Assembly (NCBI GenBank): GCA_039794085.1
Contig: JBDIWC010000005.1
Span: forward strand, 32,001 to 96,000
Source: Gemmatimonadales bacterium
GTDB taxonomy: Bacteria > Gemmatimonadota > Gemmatimonadetes > Gemmatimonadales > GWC2-71-9
Length of the DNA stretch: 64,000 bases
Direction: 5' to 3'
Shown here piece after piece: positions 1-9,727 of the stretch. Position 1 is the first letter of the stretch; the number at the start of each line of letters is the position of its first letter. The position numbers and the translations under genes were made by a program. Under the pieces are notes generated by a model. The model was not told the DNA's origin, ran no database searches, and was given only the letters and a program-made list of their open reading frames with translations.

Positions 1-1
1 G

Positions 2-478
2 CACCGTGATGACTCCCGACGACGCCACCGTGAGGGTGCCGGATTCCGGTGGGACCGTGATGCCGGGGAGCACGCGGTACCCGCCATGGGTCACGATCTC
101 GCCATCGGCCGAGAGGCCGAAGCTGCCGTCCCGGGTGTAGGCGATGGTGCCATCGGGGCGTTCGACCTGGAAGAAACCCTCGCCGTCGATGGCCAGATCC
201 AGGCTGCGTCCGGTGCCCTCGGCGGCCCCTTGAGAATGGATCCGGGGGATCGCGGCGAGCCGGGTGCCCTTGCCGATCTGGATGGCTTCGACCGCCCCCC
301 CGCCGGAAGCATTCGCAATGCGGGGCCCCTGGATGGTCTGGTACAGCACATCCTCGAAGGCGGCCCGGCTTCGTTTGAATCCGGTCGTGTTGACGTTCGC
401 CAGGTTGTTGGCGATCACGTCGATCATGGTCTGTTGGGCCTGCATCCCGCTGGCGGAGGTCCGAAGCGTCGGGTTCAT
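2..478 (-). CDS. flgG: Flagellar distal rod protein FlgG, partial (runs off left edge)
   Basis: Manual translation from ATG at 478: MNPTLRTSASGMQAQQTMIDVIANNLANVNTTGFKRSRAAFEDVLYQ...YTRDGSF. Lies downstream of flgF. Confidence 0.93.
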   Translation of the reverse strand, partial: MNPTLRTSASGMQAQQTMIDVIANNLANVNTTGFKRSRAAFEDVLYQTIQGPRIANASGGGAVEAIQIGKGTRLAAIPRIHSQGAAEGTGRSLDLAIDGEGFFQVERPDGTIAYTRDGSFGLSADGEIVTHGGYRVLPGITVPPESGTLTVASSGVITV

Positions 479-502
479 GGCAAGGTTCCTTCTTCTGGGA
501 GA

Positions 503-1195
503 TCAGACGCGGCCCACGTCACCCACGACCGTGCCGAGCACGCCGTCGAGAGTGCGCATGGCTTCCACGTTCGTGCTGTAGGCGCGCTGGATGAGCAGCA
601 GATCCATCATGCCGCGAACCGCGTCCATGTTGGCCTCCTCGAGCATCCCTTCCTGCACGGTGGTCACACCCTCTGTCACGGGAGTCGGGGCAGTCAGGGC
701 GAGGTACCGGCCCTGCCCCTCCTTGCGCAGCTGATCGGCGGGCGCGGTGACGACTCGCAGCTGTCCAACCGGCGCGTCGTCGACGAGGACGGTGCCATCG
801 CGGCGGATGGCGATCTCACCCGGAGGAAGTGCGATGATTCCTCCGCCGGCATCCAGCAGGGGATCGCCATGGCGATCGGTGAGACGACCCACGCCATCGA
901 GTTGGAGACCCCCGCCCCGGAAGAGGCGTTCCCCGCTGTCCGTTTGAACGACCAGAAATCCCGGTCCCTCGAGGGCCACGTCGAGCGGACGAGCGGTCTG
1001 ACGCAAGGCCCCCTGGCTCAGATCGAGTTCCTGGACAGGCACCGGGAACGGGGAGTCAGCGTCCTGGCGGGCGGTGATCCGGAACGCCTTGAAGGCCTCG
1101 GAGGACACGTTCGCCAGGTTGTTGGCCATCGTTTCCTGGGCGGTCGTGTAGTAGCCCAGGCTCCGTGCCAGGGCGTGGATACCGTCAGGGGGCAT
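503..1195 (-). CDS. flgF: Flagellar basal-body rod protein FlgF
   Basis: ANNLAN N-terminus, LDVALEGPGF, LEEANMDAV C-terminal rod motif; 230 aa; directly upstream of flgG. Confidence 0.88.
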   Translation of the reverse strand: MPPDGIHALARSLGYYTTAQETMANNLANVSSEAFKAFRITARQDADSPFPVPVQELDLSQGALRQTARPLDVALEGPGFLVVQTDSGERLFRGGGLQLDGVGRLTDRHGDPLLDAGGGIIALPPGEIAIRRDGTVLVDDAPVGQLRVVTAPADQLRKEGQGRYLALTAPTPVTEGVTTVQEGMLEEANMDAVRGMMDLLLIQRAYSTNVEAMRTLDGVLGTVVGDVGRV

Positions 1196-1257
1196 GCCGG
1201 TCCGTCCTTCCGCCGAGGTGAAAGCTGCCGGTTGCAGAGGTCGTCGTCCTGGGAAAA

Positions 1258-1273
1258 GGCAAGCTCCGTGCCG
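1258..1273 (-). promoter_or_regulatory. sigma54 -24/-12 promoter for flgFG
   Basis: Minus strand CGGCACGGAGCTTGCC = GG-N10-GC, about 60 bp upstream of the flgF ATG. Confidence 0.75.
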
Positions 1274-1312
1274 GTCCGTCTTTGTGATGTAACACGTTGA
1301 TATTCCATGGCC

Positions 1313-1813
1313 TTACCCGTTGCCAGCGGGGGCCGCGGGAGTCGGGTCCGATCTCGATACCGGCAAGGGATTCCGGTGCTGCCGGGCGATGAGGAACCGG
1401 GCGGCGTCACGGGCGAGCCCGGTGCGGCTGGTCCAGTGACCAAGATTGGTGGCGGGAGTGGGCCGCCTATCGTTTCGGCGCCGCCGAACAGAGACCACGC
1501 CGTACCCCAGGAGGGCCAGCGAGGCGCCTCCCGCGAGAACGAGGAGGACTCTCTGCCGGGTTTGAGGATCGGTGGCCATGGCTCGGGAGACGAGGTCACG
1601 GCCTCCTCGGCTGATCCGGCCCCGGGTCTGGGCCACCCGTTCCGCCAACGGAAGACGCGGGCCGGGGGGCGTGGGCGCGAGCACGGGCGCGTTCGCCGGA
1701 GGACGGGGGGCGGGGCTGGCGAGCCACCGTCCCGACCACGAGAGCGTCACCAGAAGTATCACGGTGATGAGGACGGACGTCCACGCCGCCCGGCTCACGA
1801 GGCCTCGGCCCAT
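1313..1813 (-). CDS. Hypothetical membrane protein in flagellar operon
   Basis: 166 aa, two hydrophobic segments, start overlaps the fliA 3' end. Confidence 0.55.
   Translation of the reverse strand: MGRGLVSRAAWTSVLITVILLVTLSWSGRWLASPAPRPPANAPVLAPTPPGPRLPLAERVAQTRGRISRGGRDLVSRAMATDPQTRQRVLLVLAGGASLALLGYGVVSVRRRRNDRRPTPATNLGHWTSRTGLARDAARFLIARQHRNPLPVSRSDPTPAAPAGNG
1360..1376. promoter_or_regulatory. Putative enhancer (UAS) for the sigma54 activator
   Basis: CCGGCA-AGGGA-TTCCGG, the same 17-bp palindrome type as upstream of fliL and flgB; 87 bp upstream of the -24 box. Confidence 0.45.
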
Positions 1814-2550
1814 GCGGGTGCCAATCGGGTCCGCAGCAAGTGCAAGGTCTCGCTCCGGATCTGGGATACGCGTGACTCGGTGACGTGCAGGACCTCGGCG
1901 ATCTGCCGCTGGTTCAGTTCCTCATAGTAGTAAAGCGTGAGCACGGTGCGGGCCCGGAGGGGGAGGTCGGCGATGGCCTGACGAAGAAGGGCGGCGGATT
2001 CCCGTCGCTGCAGGCTCTCATCGGGGAGCATGGCGCGAAGATCGGCGATCCGCTCGGCGGGGGTGGTCCCTCCGTCCTCGGGGGTGTCAAGTTCCGTGGG
2101 CGAACCGGTGGCGGCCTCGTCCTTCCAGCGCCAGTAGGTGGCCAGGTCGATGTCCAGGCGGTGCGCGATTTCCGTGGGTGTGGGGGGGCGGTCCAGTTCC
2201 GCGTGGAGGGCGCTGGTGGCCGCGTCGAGCTGGCGGCCGTGGTCGCGCACCGACCGGGGACGGCTGTCGCAGGCGCGGAGCTCATCGAGCATGGCGCCGC
2301 GGATGCGCTGGGTGGCGAACGTGGAAAACGCGAACCCCCGGTCGAGGTCGAAGGTTTCGAGGGCCCCGACGAGTCCGATGGTGCCGGCACTGACCAGGTC
2401 CCCAAACTCCACGGAGTGGTGCACCCGCTGGTGGATGCCGCGCGCCACGTGGTAGACGAGGCCGAGGTAGCGCTCGAGGAGCAGGGTCCGTGTTTCCGGG
2501 TCCCCCGTGTCGCGGTAACGGTGCCAGAGTGCGTCGGCGACGGTGGTCAT
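1795..2550 (-). CDS. fliA: Flagellar sigma factor sigma28 (FliA/WhiG)
   Basis: DLVSAGTIGL, FSTFATQRIRGAMLDELR, LYYYEELNQRQIAEVLHVTESRVSQI; start refined to MTTVADALW. Confidence 0.95.
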   Translation of the reverse strand: MTTVADALWHRYRDTGDPETRTLLLERYLGLVYHVARGIHQRVHHSVEFGDLVSAGTIGLVGALETFDLDRGFAFSTFATQRIRGAMLDELRACDSRPRSVRDHGRQLDAATSALHAELDRPPTPTEIAHRLDIDLATYWRWKDEAATGSPTELDTPEDGGTTPAERIADLRAMLPDESLQRRESAALLRQAIADLPLRARTVLTLYYYEELNQRQIAEVLHVTESRVSQIRSETLHLLRTRLAPAWAEAS

Positions 2551-2554
2551 GAGA

Positions 2555-3415
2555 TTACCTCGGGTCCGGGACCAATGCGGGCTCGGCGGTTGCGGGGGGC
2601 CGGGCCGTGAGGGAGGGGAGCGGAATGCGGGTGAGAATCTCCTCCATCGCCCGCCATGCAGGATGGGGTAGGAGATCCAGAAGACCGGCGGTTTGGCGGG
2701 CGGCGCGCCGGAGGGCCGGATCCTCGGGCACATCCCCGACCCGGCGAAGATCCCGGTGAAGGAACCGTGAGGTGGCCTTGGCCAGCCGGGCGTGGACCTC
2801 CACTCCCTCGTCCGCGTTGGTGACACGGTTGACGAGAAGATCCAGGGGGAGATTCGGTATCTGAGTGGTGACAACCTTGATCAGGGCATAGGCGTCCGTC
2901 AGGGCCGTGGGCTCGGGAGCCGTGACGACGATCAACCGTGAGGCCCGCATGGTGGCCACGCGGACGGCGGCCTCCAGACCGGCTCCGGCATCCACCATCA
3001 CGACATCGAAATCGTCGTACAGGGCGCTCAGGCGGTGGTGGAGGCGGGCCCGGTCGGTGGGTCCGAGCGCGTAGAGGGCCCGTGCTCCTGAATCCCCCGG
3101 GACGAGCCAGACCTTCTCGGCTACCGGATGTACGAGGTCGGTGACGGAGCCACCGGACTCGAGCAGATCCTCCAGGCGAAAGCGGGGCCGGACTCCGAGC
3201 AGGACGTGGAGATTGCCGAGATTCTGGGCTCCGTCCAGGAGCAGCACACGTCGTCCCTGGCGAGCCAGACAGCCCGCCGCGAGGGCGGTAAGGACGGACT
3301 TGCCCACTCCGCCCTTGCCGCTGCCGATGACGAGGGCCTGGGGTTCTCCCAGGGAGGGCTCTCCCACGGGACGCCGCCCCACCATCGCCCGGAGGGCTGC
3401 CGCCTGATCGGTCAT
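2555..3415 (-). CDS. flhG: MinD/ParA-family flagellar number regulator FlhG/FleN
   Basis: MTDQAAALR N-terminus, deviant Walker A SGKGGVGKS, PEPTALTDAYALIK; between flhF and fliA. Confidence 0.92.
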   Translation of the reverse strand: MTDQAAALRAMVGRRPVGEPSLGEPQALVIGSGKGGVGKSVLTALAAGCLARQGRRVLLLDGAQNLGNLHVLLGVRPRFRLEDLLESGGSVTDLVHPVAEKVWLVPGDSGARALYALGPTDRARLHHRLSALYDDFDVVMVDAGAGLEAAVRVATMRASRLIVVTAPEPTALTDAYALIKVVTTQIPNLPLDLLVNRVTNADEGVEVHARLAKATSRFLHRDLRRVGDVPEDPALRRAARQTAGLLDLLPHPAWRAMEEILTRIPLPSLTARPPATAEPALVPDPR

Positions 3416-4254
3416 GCGACCGCGTCCTGTCCTGCCCCGCGCCACACGCGGTGGCCCGCAGCGACATATCCGCTGAGGGCGGGGGCGAGATGGCGTGGGA
3501 CATCCTGGCCGTTGGTCTGCCACCGCATGGCAAGACCGGTGCTGACGGCGAGGGTGAAGGGTCCGCTGTCCTCGGGGCATTCATCAATCTTGGTCGCGAG
3601 AACGTGAGTGGGACCCAACGGGCGGTAGGTGGTGGCATAGGCGCGTGCGAGGCGAGGGAGCAACCCGGCGGGAATGCTGAGGTGCACCTCGGCGGGGCGC
3701 AGGCGCTCGAGCCAGGTCCGGATGACGGAGAGATCATCCCGGCCTTCCGGTCCGCGTCCCGGGGTATCCACCAGGATCACCCTGCAGTCCCGCATCCGGC
3801 GCAGGGACCGCGTGATGTCCTCCTCTTGGTGGATGATGGCGCACGGGAGACCCGCCAAGTCGGCGTAGGTTTGCAGCTGCTCCGCGGCGCCGATCCGGAA
3901 GGTGTCGAGACCGATCAACCCCACCGTAGACTGCCCAAACACCTGGGGATGGGTGGCGATCTTGGCGATCGAGGTGGTCTTGCCGGATCCGGTCGGCCCG
4001 ACGAGTGCCACGACATGGGGGGAGGTGGTGGCCGGATCGAGTGGGGGCCGGAAGGAGGTCGTGGCCGCTCCGTGGAGGCTCAATCCCGGGACATGCAGAA
4101 CACCGGCGGTCGGGTCCCCGGCCTGGCACGCGATGAGTTGATATCCGTGCGGAACGCGACGCATGTCGAGGACGAGCGCATCCGGTCCCAGGCGTTGGTG
4201 AGCCGTGGCGAGCACGGTGCTGACGGAGGGTCCGCGGAAGGTTTCAGGAGGCAC
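3412..4254 (-). CDS. flhF: SRP-type GTPase FlhF (short B domain)
   Basis: GPTGSGKTTSIAKIA, DTFRIGAAEQL, DTPG, TKIDE motifs; GTG start overlapping the flhA end is inferred. Confidence 0.9.
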   Translation of the reverse strand: MPPETFRGPSVSTVLATAHQRLGPDALVLDMRRVPHGYQLIACQAGDPTAGVLHVPGLSLHGAATTSFRPPLDPATTSPHVVALVGPTGSGKTTSIAKIATHPQVFGQSTVGLIGLDTFRIGAAEQLQTYADLAGLPCAIIHQEEDITRSLRRMRDCRVILVDTPGRGPEGRDDLSVIRTWLERLRPAEVHLSIPAGLLPRLARAYATTYRPLGPTHVLATKIDECPEDSGPFTLAVSTGLAMRWQTNGQDVPRHLAPALSGYVAAGHRVWRGAGQDAVA

Positions 4255-6418
4255 GGGGGATCTCCCAGGTGCTGAGGCTGTGGAGGGGCATGTGCGCAGG
4301 AAGCTCGGCGAGGGAGAGCACGGGCACATGAGGGTGGACGGGTTCCAGCAGGCGGCGAATGCCCACCCGCAGGGCGGGTGGTGTGATGACGGGGCGGTAG
4401 TGTCCTTCCCGGCGCGCGGCGGTGGCCAGCTCACCAAAGGTTCGTAGCAGGTGAGTCAGGTCGTCCGCCCCGATCTGGGGCGGGGTCCCGGGGCGGGGGC
4501 TGAACAGGGTCATGAAGGCGGCCTCGAGCCGGGGGCCGACCGTGATTCCGCGCATGGCCCCATCGGGATCCGCGTGCAGATGGGCAATGGCCGAGGCCAG
4601 GGTCTTCCGCACATGCTCGGTGAGGACCTCGGGGTCCTTGGTTCCTTCGCTGGCGTCGCTCAGGGTTTCGAGGATGGTCGGCAGGTCCCGAACCGGGACT
4701 CCCTCGCGCAACAGGCGCTGCAGGACCCGATGCAGTGTCCCCAGCGTCAGTCGCTGGGGGATCGCGTCCTCGACGAGGGCGGGGTGGGTCTCCTTGAGAC
4801 CATCGAGCAGTTCGCGGACGTCCTGACGCGAGAGGAGCTCGGCCGCCTGGCGACGGATCGTCTCCAGCAGGTGGGTGGCGAGGACCGTGGCGGGTTCGAC
4901 CACACTGTAGCCGCTGACCTCCGCCTCCGCGCGGCGTTCTGGACTGATCCAGGTGGCGGGGAGCCCATAGGCCGGGTCGGTCGTCCGGATGCCTTCGAGG
5001 GGAGGGTTGGAGCCGGTGTTGTCGAGCGCCAGGAAGTATCGGGGGATGACCTCGCCCCCGGCCACGCGCACCCCGCGGACTTTGATCGCGTAGGACGTGG
5101 CAGGAAGCTGGATGTTGTCCCGGACCCGGATGGCCGGGATGACCATGCCGAGGTCGACCGCAAGCTGCTTGCGGATGATGCTGATCCGCTGGAGGAGATC
5201 CCCCCGCTGGGATTCGTCCACAAGGGATACGAGAGCGTATCCCACTTCGATTTCCAGGGGCTCGACCCGGAGCAGGTCGCGAAAGGGTGGGGCGGCCTCC
5301 TCGGTGGGACGCCCGGTGGGGACGGCGGCGTCGGCCAGGGCGAGGGCGGCCACGTCCTCCGCACGCCATGCCACCCCGGCGGCGGTGGCGGCCAGGAGCA
5401 GGAAGGGCAGCATGGGAAGGCCCGGGAGCAGCGCAAAGACGCCCAGCACACCGCTGGCCACCCAGATGGCCCGGGGCCGCCGGGTCAGCTGGCTCACGAC
5501 GGCCGGTCCCATCTCCGTGCTGGTCGTGCCGAAGGTCACGATCATGCCGGCGGCGGTGCTTACGATGAGCGACGGGATCTGGGACACCAGGCCGTCCCCG
5601 ACGGTGAGAACGGCATACCGGTTCATCGACTCGGCCGCCCCGAGCCCCTGCTGGAGCATGCCGACCAGGAACCCGCCCACGAGATTGATGCCGGTGATGA
5701 TCAACCCGGCAATCGCATCGCCGCGGACGAACTTGGCCGCGCCGTCCATGGCCCCGTAGAAGTCGGCGTGGCGGGCGATCTCGGCCCGGCGCTGGCGAGC
5801 CCCGACTTCGTCGATGAGACCGGCACTGAGGTCGGCGTCGATCGCCATCTGTTTGCCGGGCATGGCATCCAAGGTGAAGCGGGCGGCCACTTCCGCAATG
5901 CGCCCCGCGCCCTTGGTGATCACGACGAAGTTGATCACCACCAGGATGAGGAAGATCACGATCCCGACCACGAAATTGCCGCCGATGACGAATCCTCCGA
6001 ACGCCTCGATCACCCGGCCTGCCGTTCCCTCGCTCAGGATCAACCGCGTGCTGCTGACGTTGAGGCCGAGTCGCAGGAGCGTCAACAGCAAGAGCAGACT
6101 GGGGAAGACGCTGAACTCGGTGGGTTCACGCGTGGAGATCGTGACCAGCAACACCACGACGGAGAGACCCAGGCTCAAGGCCAGGAGCGCGTCGAGGAGA
6201 ATGGACGGCAGGGGAACGATCAACAGGGAAACAATGACCACGACCCCGATGGCCAATCCGGTTTCGGCGGGCAGTCCCCCGCGGAGCCGGTCCGACCAGT
6301 GCGGTTCCGGAACGGAGCCGGTGGCGGCCGAGGGGGTCCGCCCCCGGTCGCGGGGCGTCGGCCGCGTGAAGGGCACGGCGACGGCGGGTGCCGCTTCGTG
6401 GACGCTTGGCAAGGTCAT
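4244..6418 (-). CDS. flhA: Flagellar export gate protein FlhA
   Basis: VITKGAGRIAEVAARFTLDAMPGKQMAIDADL, FYGAMDGAAKFVRGDAIAG; ATG overlaps the flhB stop. Confidence 0.97.
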   Translation of the reverse strand: MTLPSVHEAAPAVAVPFTRPTPRDRGRTPSAATGSVPEPHWSDRLRGGLPAETGLAIGVVVIVSLLIVPLPSILLDALLALSLGLSVVVLLVTISTREPTEFSVFPSLLLLLTLLRLGLNVSSTRLILSEGTAGRVIEAFGGFVIGGNFVVGIVIFLILVVINFVVITKGAGRIAEVAARFTLDAMPGKQMAIDADLSAGLIDEVGARQRRAEIARHADFYGAMDGAAKFVRGDAIAGLIITGINLVGGFLVGMLQQGLGAAESMNRYAVLTVGDGLVSQIPSLIVSTAAGMIVTFGTTSTEMGPAVVSQLTRRPRAIWVASGVLGVFALLPGLPMLPFLLLAATAAGVAWRAEDVAALALADAAVPTGRPTEEAAPPFRDLLRVEPLEIEVGYALVSLVDESQRGDLLQRISIIRKQLAVDLGMVIPAIRVRDNIQLPATSYAIKVRGVRVAGGEVIPRYFLALDNTGSNPPLEGIRTTDPAYGLPATWISPERRAEAEVSGYSVVEPATVLATHLLETIRRQAAELLSRQDVRELLDGLKETHPALVEDAIPQRLTLGTLHRVLQRLLREGVPVRDLPTILETLSDASEGTKDPEVLTEHVRKTLASAIAHLHADPDGAMRGITVGPRLEAAFMTLFSPRPGTPPQIGADDLTHLLRTFGELATAARREGHYRPVITPPALRVGIRRLLEPVHPHVPVLSLAELPAHMPLHSLSTWEIPRAS

Positions 6419-7512
6419 CAGGAGCCTCGCCGTCCGGGACCGCTGCGTGATCGGGTGCGGTAGACGAAGGCGAGAACCTCGGCCACGGCGGCGTACAGGG
6501 CCGGCGGAATCATCCGTCCGACCCGCCCGGCCGAGAGGAGCGCGCGGGCCAGGGGGCGATTCTCGACGCACGGAACCCCGGCCTGACGGGCGATCAGCTT
6601 GATGCGCTCCGCCAGTTTCCGTTCGCCCATCGCGACCACGATCGGAGCGCCACTCACGGTCACGTCATACTTCAAGGCCACGGCGATGTGGGTCGGGTTG
6701 GTGACCACCACATCCGCCGTGCGCACGGCTCCCAGCATGCGTCGGCGTGTCATGGCTCGCGCCATGCTCTGCATCCGGCTCTTGAGCAATGGATCCCCAT
6801 CCTGCTCGCGTCGCTCCTGCACCACTTCCTGGCGGGTCATGCGAAGCTGCTTCTCGAACTGGAACCACTGCCAGGCGTAGTCCGCGGCGGCCACCAGCAG
6901 GAAGGTGCCGCCGCTGGCCAGAGCCACGTCCAGGGAGAGCTGGCGCATCACTGCGGGCACCGCGGGCACGGGGGACACCGCCAGGGCCAGCAGTTGTCCC
7001 CACGCGGCTCTCATGACCATCCAGACGGCCACCCCGATCACGGCAAACTTGGCCAGGGCTTTGAGCAGGGTGACGACGGACTGCATGCTGAAGAGACGTT
7101 TGAGGCCCTGCACGGGGTTGATCCGGGACGGATCGGGCGCCAGGGGCTTGAGGGACAGCACCCCACGGGCCTGGATCAGGTCGACGAGGAGAACGGGCAC
7201 CAGGATCGTGAGAAGCAAGGGCAGCAGGGCAAGCACCGTGGACGAGAGCGCGTGCTGGAGCAGGGTGCTCGCGCCGGCCATTTCGAGAGGGGTCGCTGCC
7301 AGAATCCCGAGGGAGTCCTGCAGGGTGGAGCGGGCATGCCGGGTGAGAACCTCCCCGCCCAGGAACGCCCCCCCCGCCGCACCGCCGAGGATGACCAGGG
7401 CGGCTGACAGCTCGGTGCTTCGAGGAATCTTGCCGTCGTCCCGTGCTTGCAACCGCCGGTGGGGTGTGGCTTGTTCAGTCTTTTCCTGTGCGGAGGTGGT
7501 GGAATCGGCCAC
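6418..7512 (-). CDS. flhB: Flagellar export protein FlhB
   Basis: EKTEQAT N-terminus and NPTH autocleavage motif. Confidence 0.96.
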   Translation of the reverse strand: MADSTTSAQEKTEQATPHRRLQARDDGKIPRSTELSAALVILGGAAGGAFLGGEVLTRHARSTLQDSLGILAATPLEMAGASTLLQHALSSTVLALLPLLLTILVPVLLVDLIQARGVLSLKPLAPDPSRINPVQGLKRLFSMQSVVTLLKALAKFAVIGVAVWMVMRAAWGQLLALAVSPVPAVPAVMRQLSLDVALASGGTFLLVAAADYAWQWFQFEKQLRMTRQEVVQERREQDGDPLLKSRMQSMARAMTRRRMLGAVRTADVVVTNPTHIAVALKYDVTVSGAPIVVAMGERKLAERIKLIARQAGVPCVENRPLARALLSAGRVGRMIPPALYAAVAEVLAFVYRTRSRSGPGRRGS

Positions 7513-7515
7513 GGG

Positions 7516-8313
7516 CTACCTCCCCGCGGAGGGGTGGAAAGGGACCAGGATGGCCTGCGCTCCGGATTCGATGCCGCCGACCCATTCCGCCACATACTGC
7601 GCCGTGATCGGCACGGCCGCCCCCAGAAGGAGAAGACCGACGCCGACCGTCACGGGCACGGAGACCATGATTGTGTTCAGCTGCGGGACCGCCCGATTGA
7701 GAATGGCGAGCGCCAGGTGGGTGACGAAGAGCGCCACCAGAAGGGGAGCAGCGGCCCGGATGGCCACGACGAAGACGGTTCCCGCCAGAGCCACGACTCC
7801 GTGCGCTCCGGCCGCCGCGTTGGCCTCCCCCCCCAGAGGAAGGGTCTGGAGGCTTCCCCCCAGCGCGCGCACGAGGGCCAGATGCCCCCCGAGGGTGGTG
7901 TACAACGCCAGGACCATGAACCCCTTGATTTCGCCGAGCCCGGGCACTGTGATCTCCGACAGCGGGGAGAACGAGGCACCGAGCGACAGCCCCATCTGGA
8001 GGGACACAACCTCGGCGGCGACCGCGATCCCGTGGAGGAAGACGGCGGCGGTGAGGCCGATGGCCAGGCCGATGACGCCCTCGGTCACCAGGTGGACTGC
8101 CATCATGCCGGGTGCGAGAGGGGATGACAGAGCCGGAGCCGCCGGCAGCAAGGCCGCCGTGAGGACCAGGGCCATCGCGGCCCGCAGGCGTGTCGGGATC
8201 GATGCCATGGACCAGAGCGGTGCCACGAGAAAGAGCCCCCCCACCCGGCTGCTGGCCAGGACGAGCGCCGGCCAGAGGCCCGGGTCGAGGAGCTCGGCGG
8301 GAGTGCGGATCAT
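7516..8313 (-). CDS. fliR: Flagellar export protein FliR
   Basis: Hydrophobic 265 aa with QMGLS and RAVPQLN motifs; between fliQ and flhB. Confidence 0.92.
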   Translation of the reverse strand: MIRTPAELLDPGLWPALVLASSRVGGLFLVAPLWSMASIPTRLRAAMALVLTAALLPAAPALSSPLAPGMMAVHLVTEGVIGLAIGLTAAVFLHGIAVAAEVVSLQMGLSLGASFSPLSEITVPGLGEIKGFMVLALYTTLGGHLALVRALGGSLQTLPLGGEANAAAGAHGVVALAGTVFVVAIRAAAPLLVALFVTHLALAILNRAVPQLNTIMVSVPVTVGVGLLLLGAAVPITAQYVAEWVGGIESGAQAILVPFHPSAGR

Positions 8314-8579
8314 CCCGCCACCATCGGGATGGTGCGCAAGGACTCGATCAGGTACTCCACGAGGGTGCGAAGCATCCAGGGGAGCGTGAGGATGAGCACG
8401 AGGGCGACGGTGAGGAGCTTGGGAATGAAGGTGAGGGACTGCTCCTGGACCTGCGTCACGGCCTGCAGGAGGCTCACGACCACGCCGGACACGAGGGCCG
8501 TGATCAACAACGGTGCCGACACCATCAGGCCGATGAGCAGGGCGCGCTGGATGAGCTCGATGACCATCGCCGCGGACAT
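8310..8579 (-). CDS. fliQ: Flagellar export protein FliQ
   Basis: SLLQAVTQVQEQSLTFIPK signature. Confidence 0.96.
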   Translation of the reverse strand: MSAAMVIELIQRALLIGLMVSAPLLITALVSGVVVSLLQAVTQVQEQSLTFIPKLLTVALVLILTLPWMLRTLVEYLIESLRTIPMVAG

Positions 8580-8582
8580 GCG

Positions 8583-9725
8583 CTACCCCTGAAAACTGGT
8601 GACAAGGTTGCGGACGATCAGGGTCCAGCCATCCGCCAGAACAAACAGGAGCAGCTTGAAGGGCAGCGACACCATCTGCGGGGGGAGCATGAACATCCCC
8701 ATGCTCATGAGCACCGAGGCCACGATGAGGTCGATCACCACGAAGGGCAGGAAGATCACGAATCCCATCTGAAAGGCGGTGCGCAGTTCGCTCGTGACGA
8801 AGGCGGACATCACCGTCATGGTCGGGATCTCTGCGACCGTGGCCACCGTGTCGGCGCCGGTGAGTTCCGCGAAGGATCCCAGGTCCGTTTCCCGCGTGTT
8901 GGCCAACATGAACTGGCGGAGCGGCTGGATGCCCGCGTGATAGGCGTCGGCCTGGGGCAGGGTTCCCTCGAGGTAGGGCTGGAGGGCGGTGGAATTCATC
9001 TCGGTCAGAACAGGCTGCATCACCACGCCGGACAGCAGCACCGCCACCGCCACGAGCAACTGGGTCGGAGGGGTCGTTGGGGTCCCGAGCGCGGAGCGCA
9101 GGAAATGCAAGACGATCACGATGCGGGTGAAGCTTGTGGCCATCATCATGAGAGCGGGCAGCAGAGTCAGGGCGCCCAAAAAGACGACCAGCCCCACCGG
9201 GCCATCCAGGCGGATTCCCCCGTCGTCCTGTCCGATGGCAATCCGGATCTCCGGTCCCGTCGGCGGGGGCACGGCGGGCACGGCGGGAGCGGGGATCGCG
9301 GCGCGTTCCGTCCGGGCTGAGGGAGGAGGTGATTCGACGACCTGGGCCGAGAGGAGCCCCGGGATCAGGACCAACGCTCCCGCCAGGGCTCCGCGCCGGA
9401 GAAACCGCGCGCCATTCTGGAGCCAGGCCGGGAGGGCCCGCGTGGCCTCCCGGGGGGACAGGGCCGGAGCCGGAACCGGGTCCGGGGAGGTCTGGGGATC
9501 GAGTTCGGTGAGGAGTTGGACGGAGGTTTCTCCCAGGCCCACCACCAGGAGGCGATCACCGGCCCGAACCAGGGCCACGGCATGCTTGGGCCCTGCGGCG
9601 ACCCGCTGGAGGACCTCGAGAGCCACGGGTCCGCGGGCCGGGGTCCGTGCCAGAGCGCGGAGTCCGCGCAGGGACAGGACCAGAAGGCCCAGAGTGACGA
9701 GAAGGGAGGCGACCAGTGTGGTCAT
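8583..9725 (-). CDS. fliP: Fused FliO-FliP flagellar export protein
   Basis: N-terminal ~80 aa is FliO-like (TM then LEVLQRVAAGPKHAVALVRAGDRLLVVG). C-terminal part is FliP (MATSFTRIVIVL, SELRTAFQMGF, MLPPQMVSLPFKLLLFVLADGW). One continuous ORF. Confidence 0.9.
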   Translation of the reverse strand: MTTLVASLLVTLGLLVLSLRGLRALARTPARGPVALEVLQRVAAGPKHAVALVRAGDRLLVVGLGETSVQLLTELDPQTSPDPVPAPALSPREATRALPAWLQNGARFLRRGALAGALVLIPGLLSAQVVESPPPSARTERAAIPAPAVPAVPPPTGPEIRIAIGQDDGGIRLDGPVGLVVFLGALTLLPALMMMATSFTRIVIVLHFLRSALGTPTTPPTQLLVAVAVLLSGVVMQPVLTEMNSTALQPYLEGTLPQADAYHAGIQPLRQFMLANTRETDLGSFAELTGADTVATVAEIPTMTVMSAFVTSELRTAFQMGFVIFLPFVVIDLIVASVLMSMGMFMLPPQMVSLPFKLLLFVLADGWTLIVRNLVTSFQG

Positions 9726-9727
9726 GA

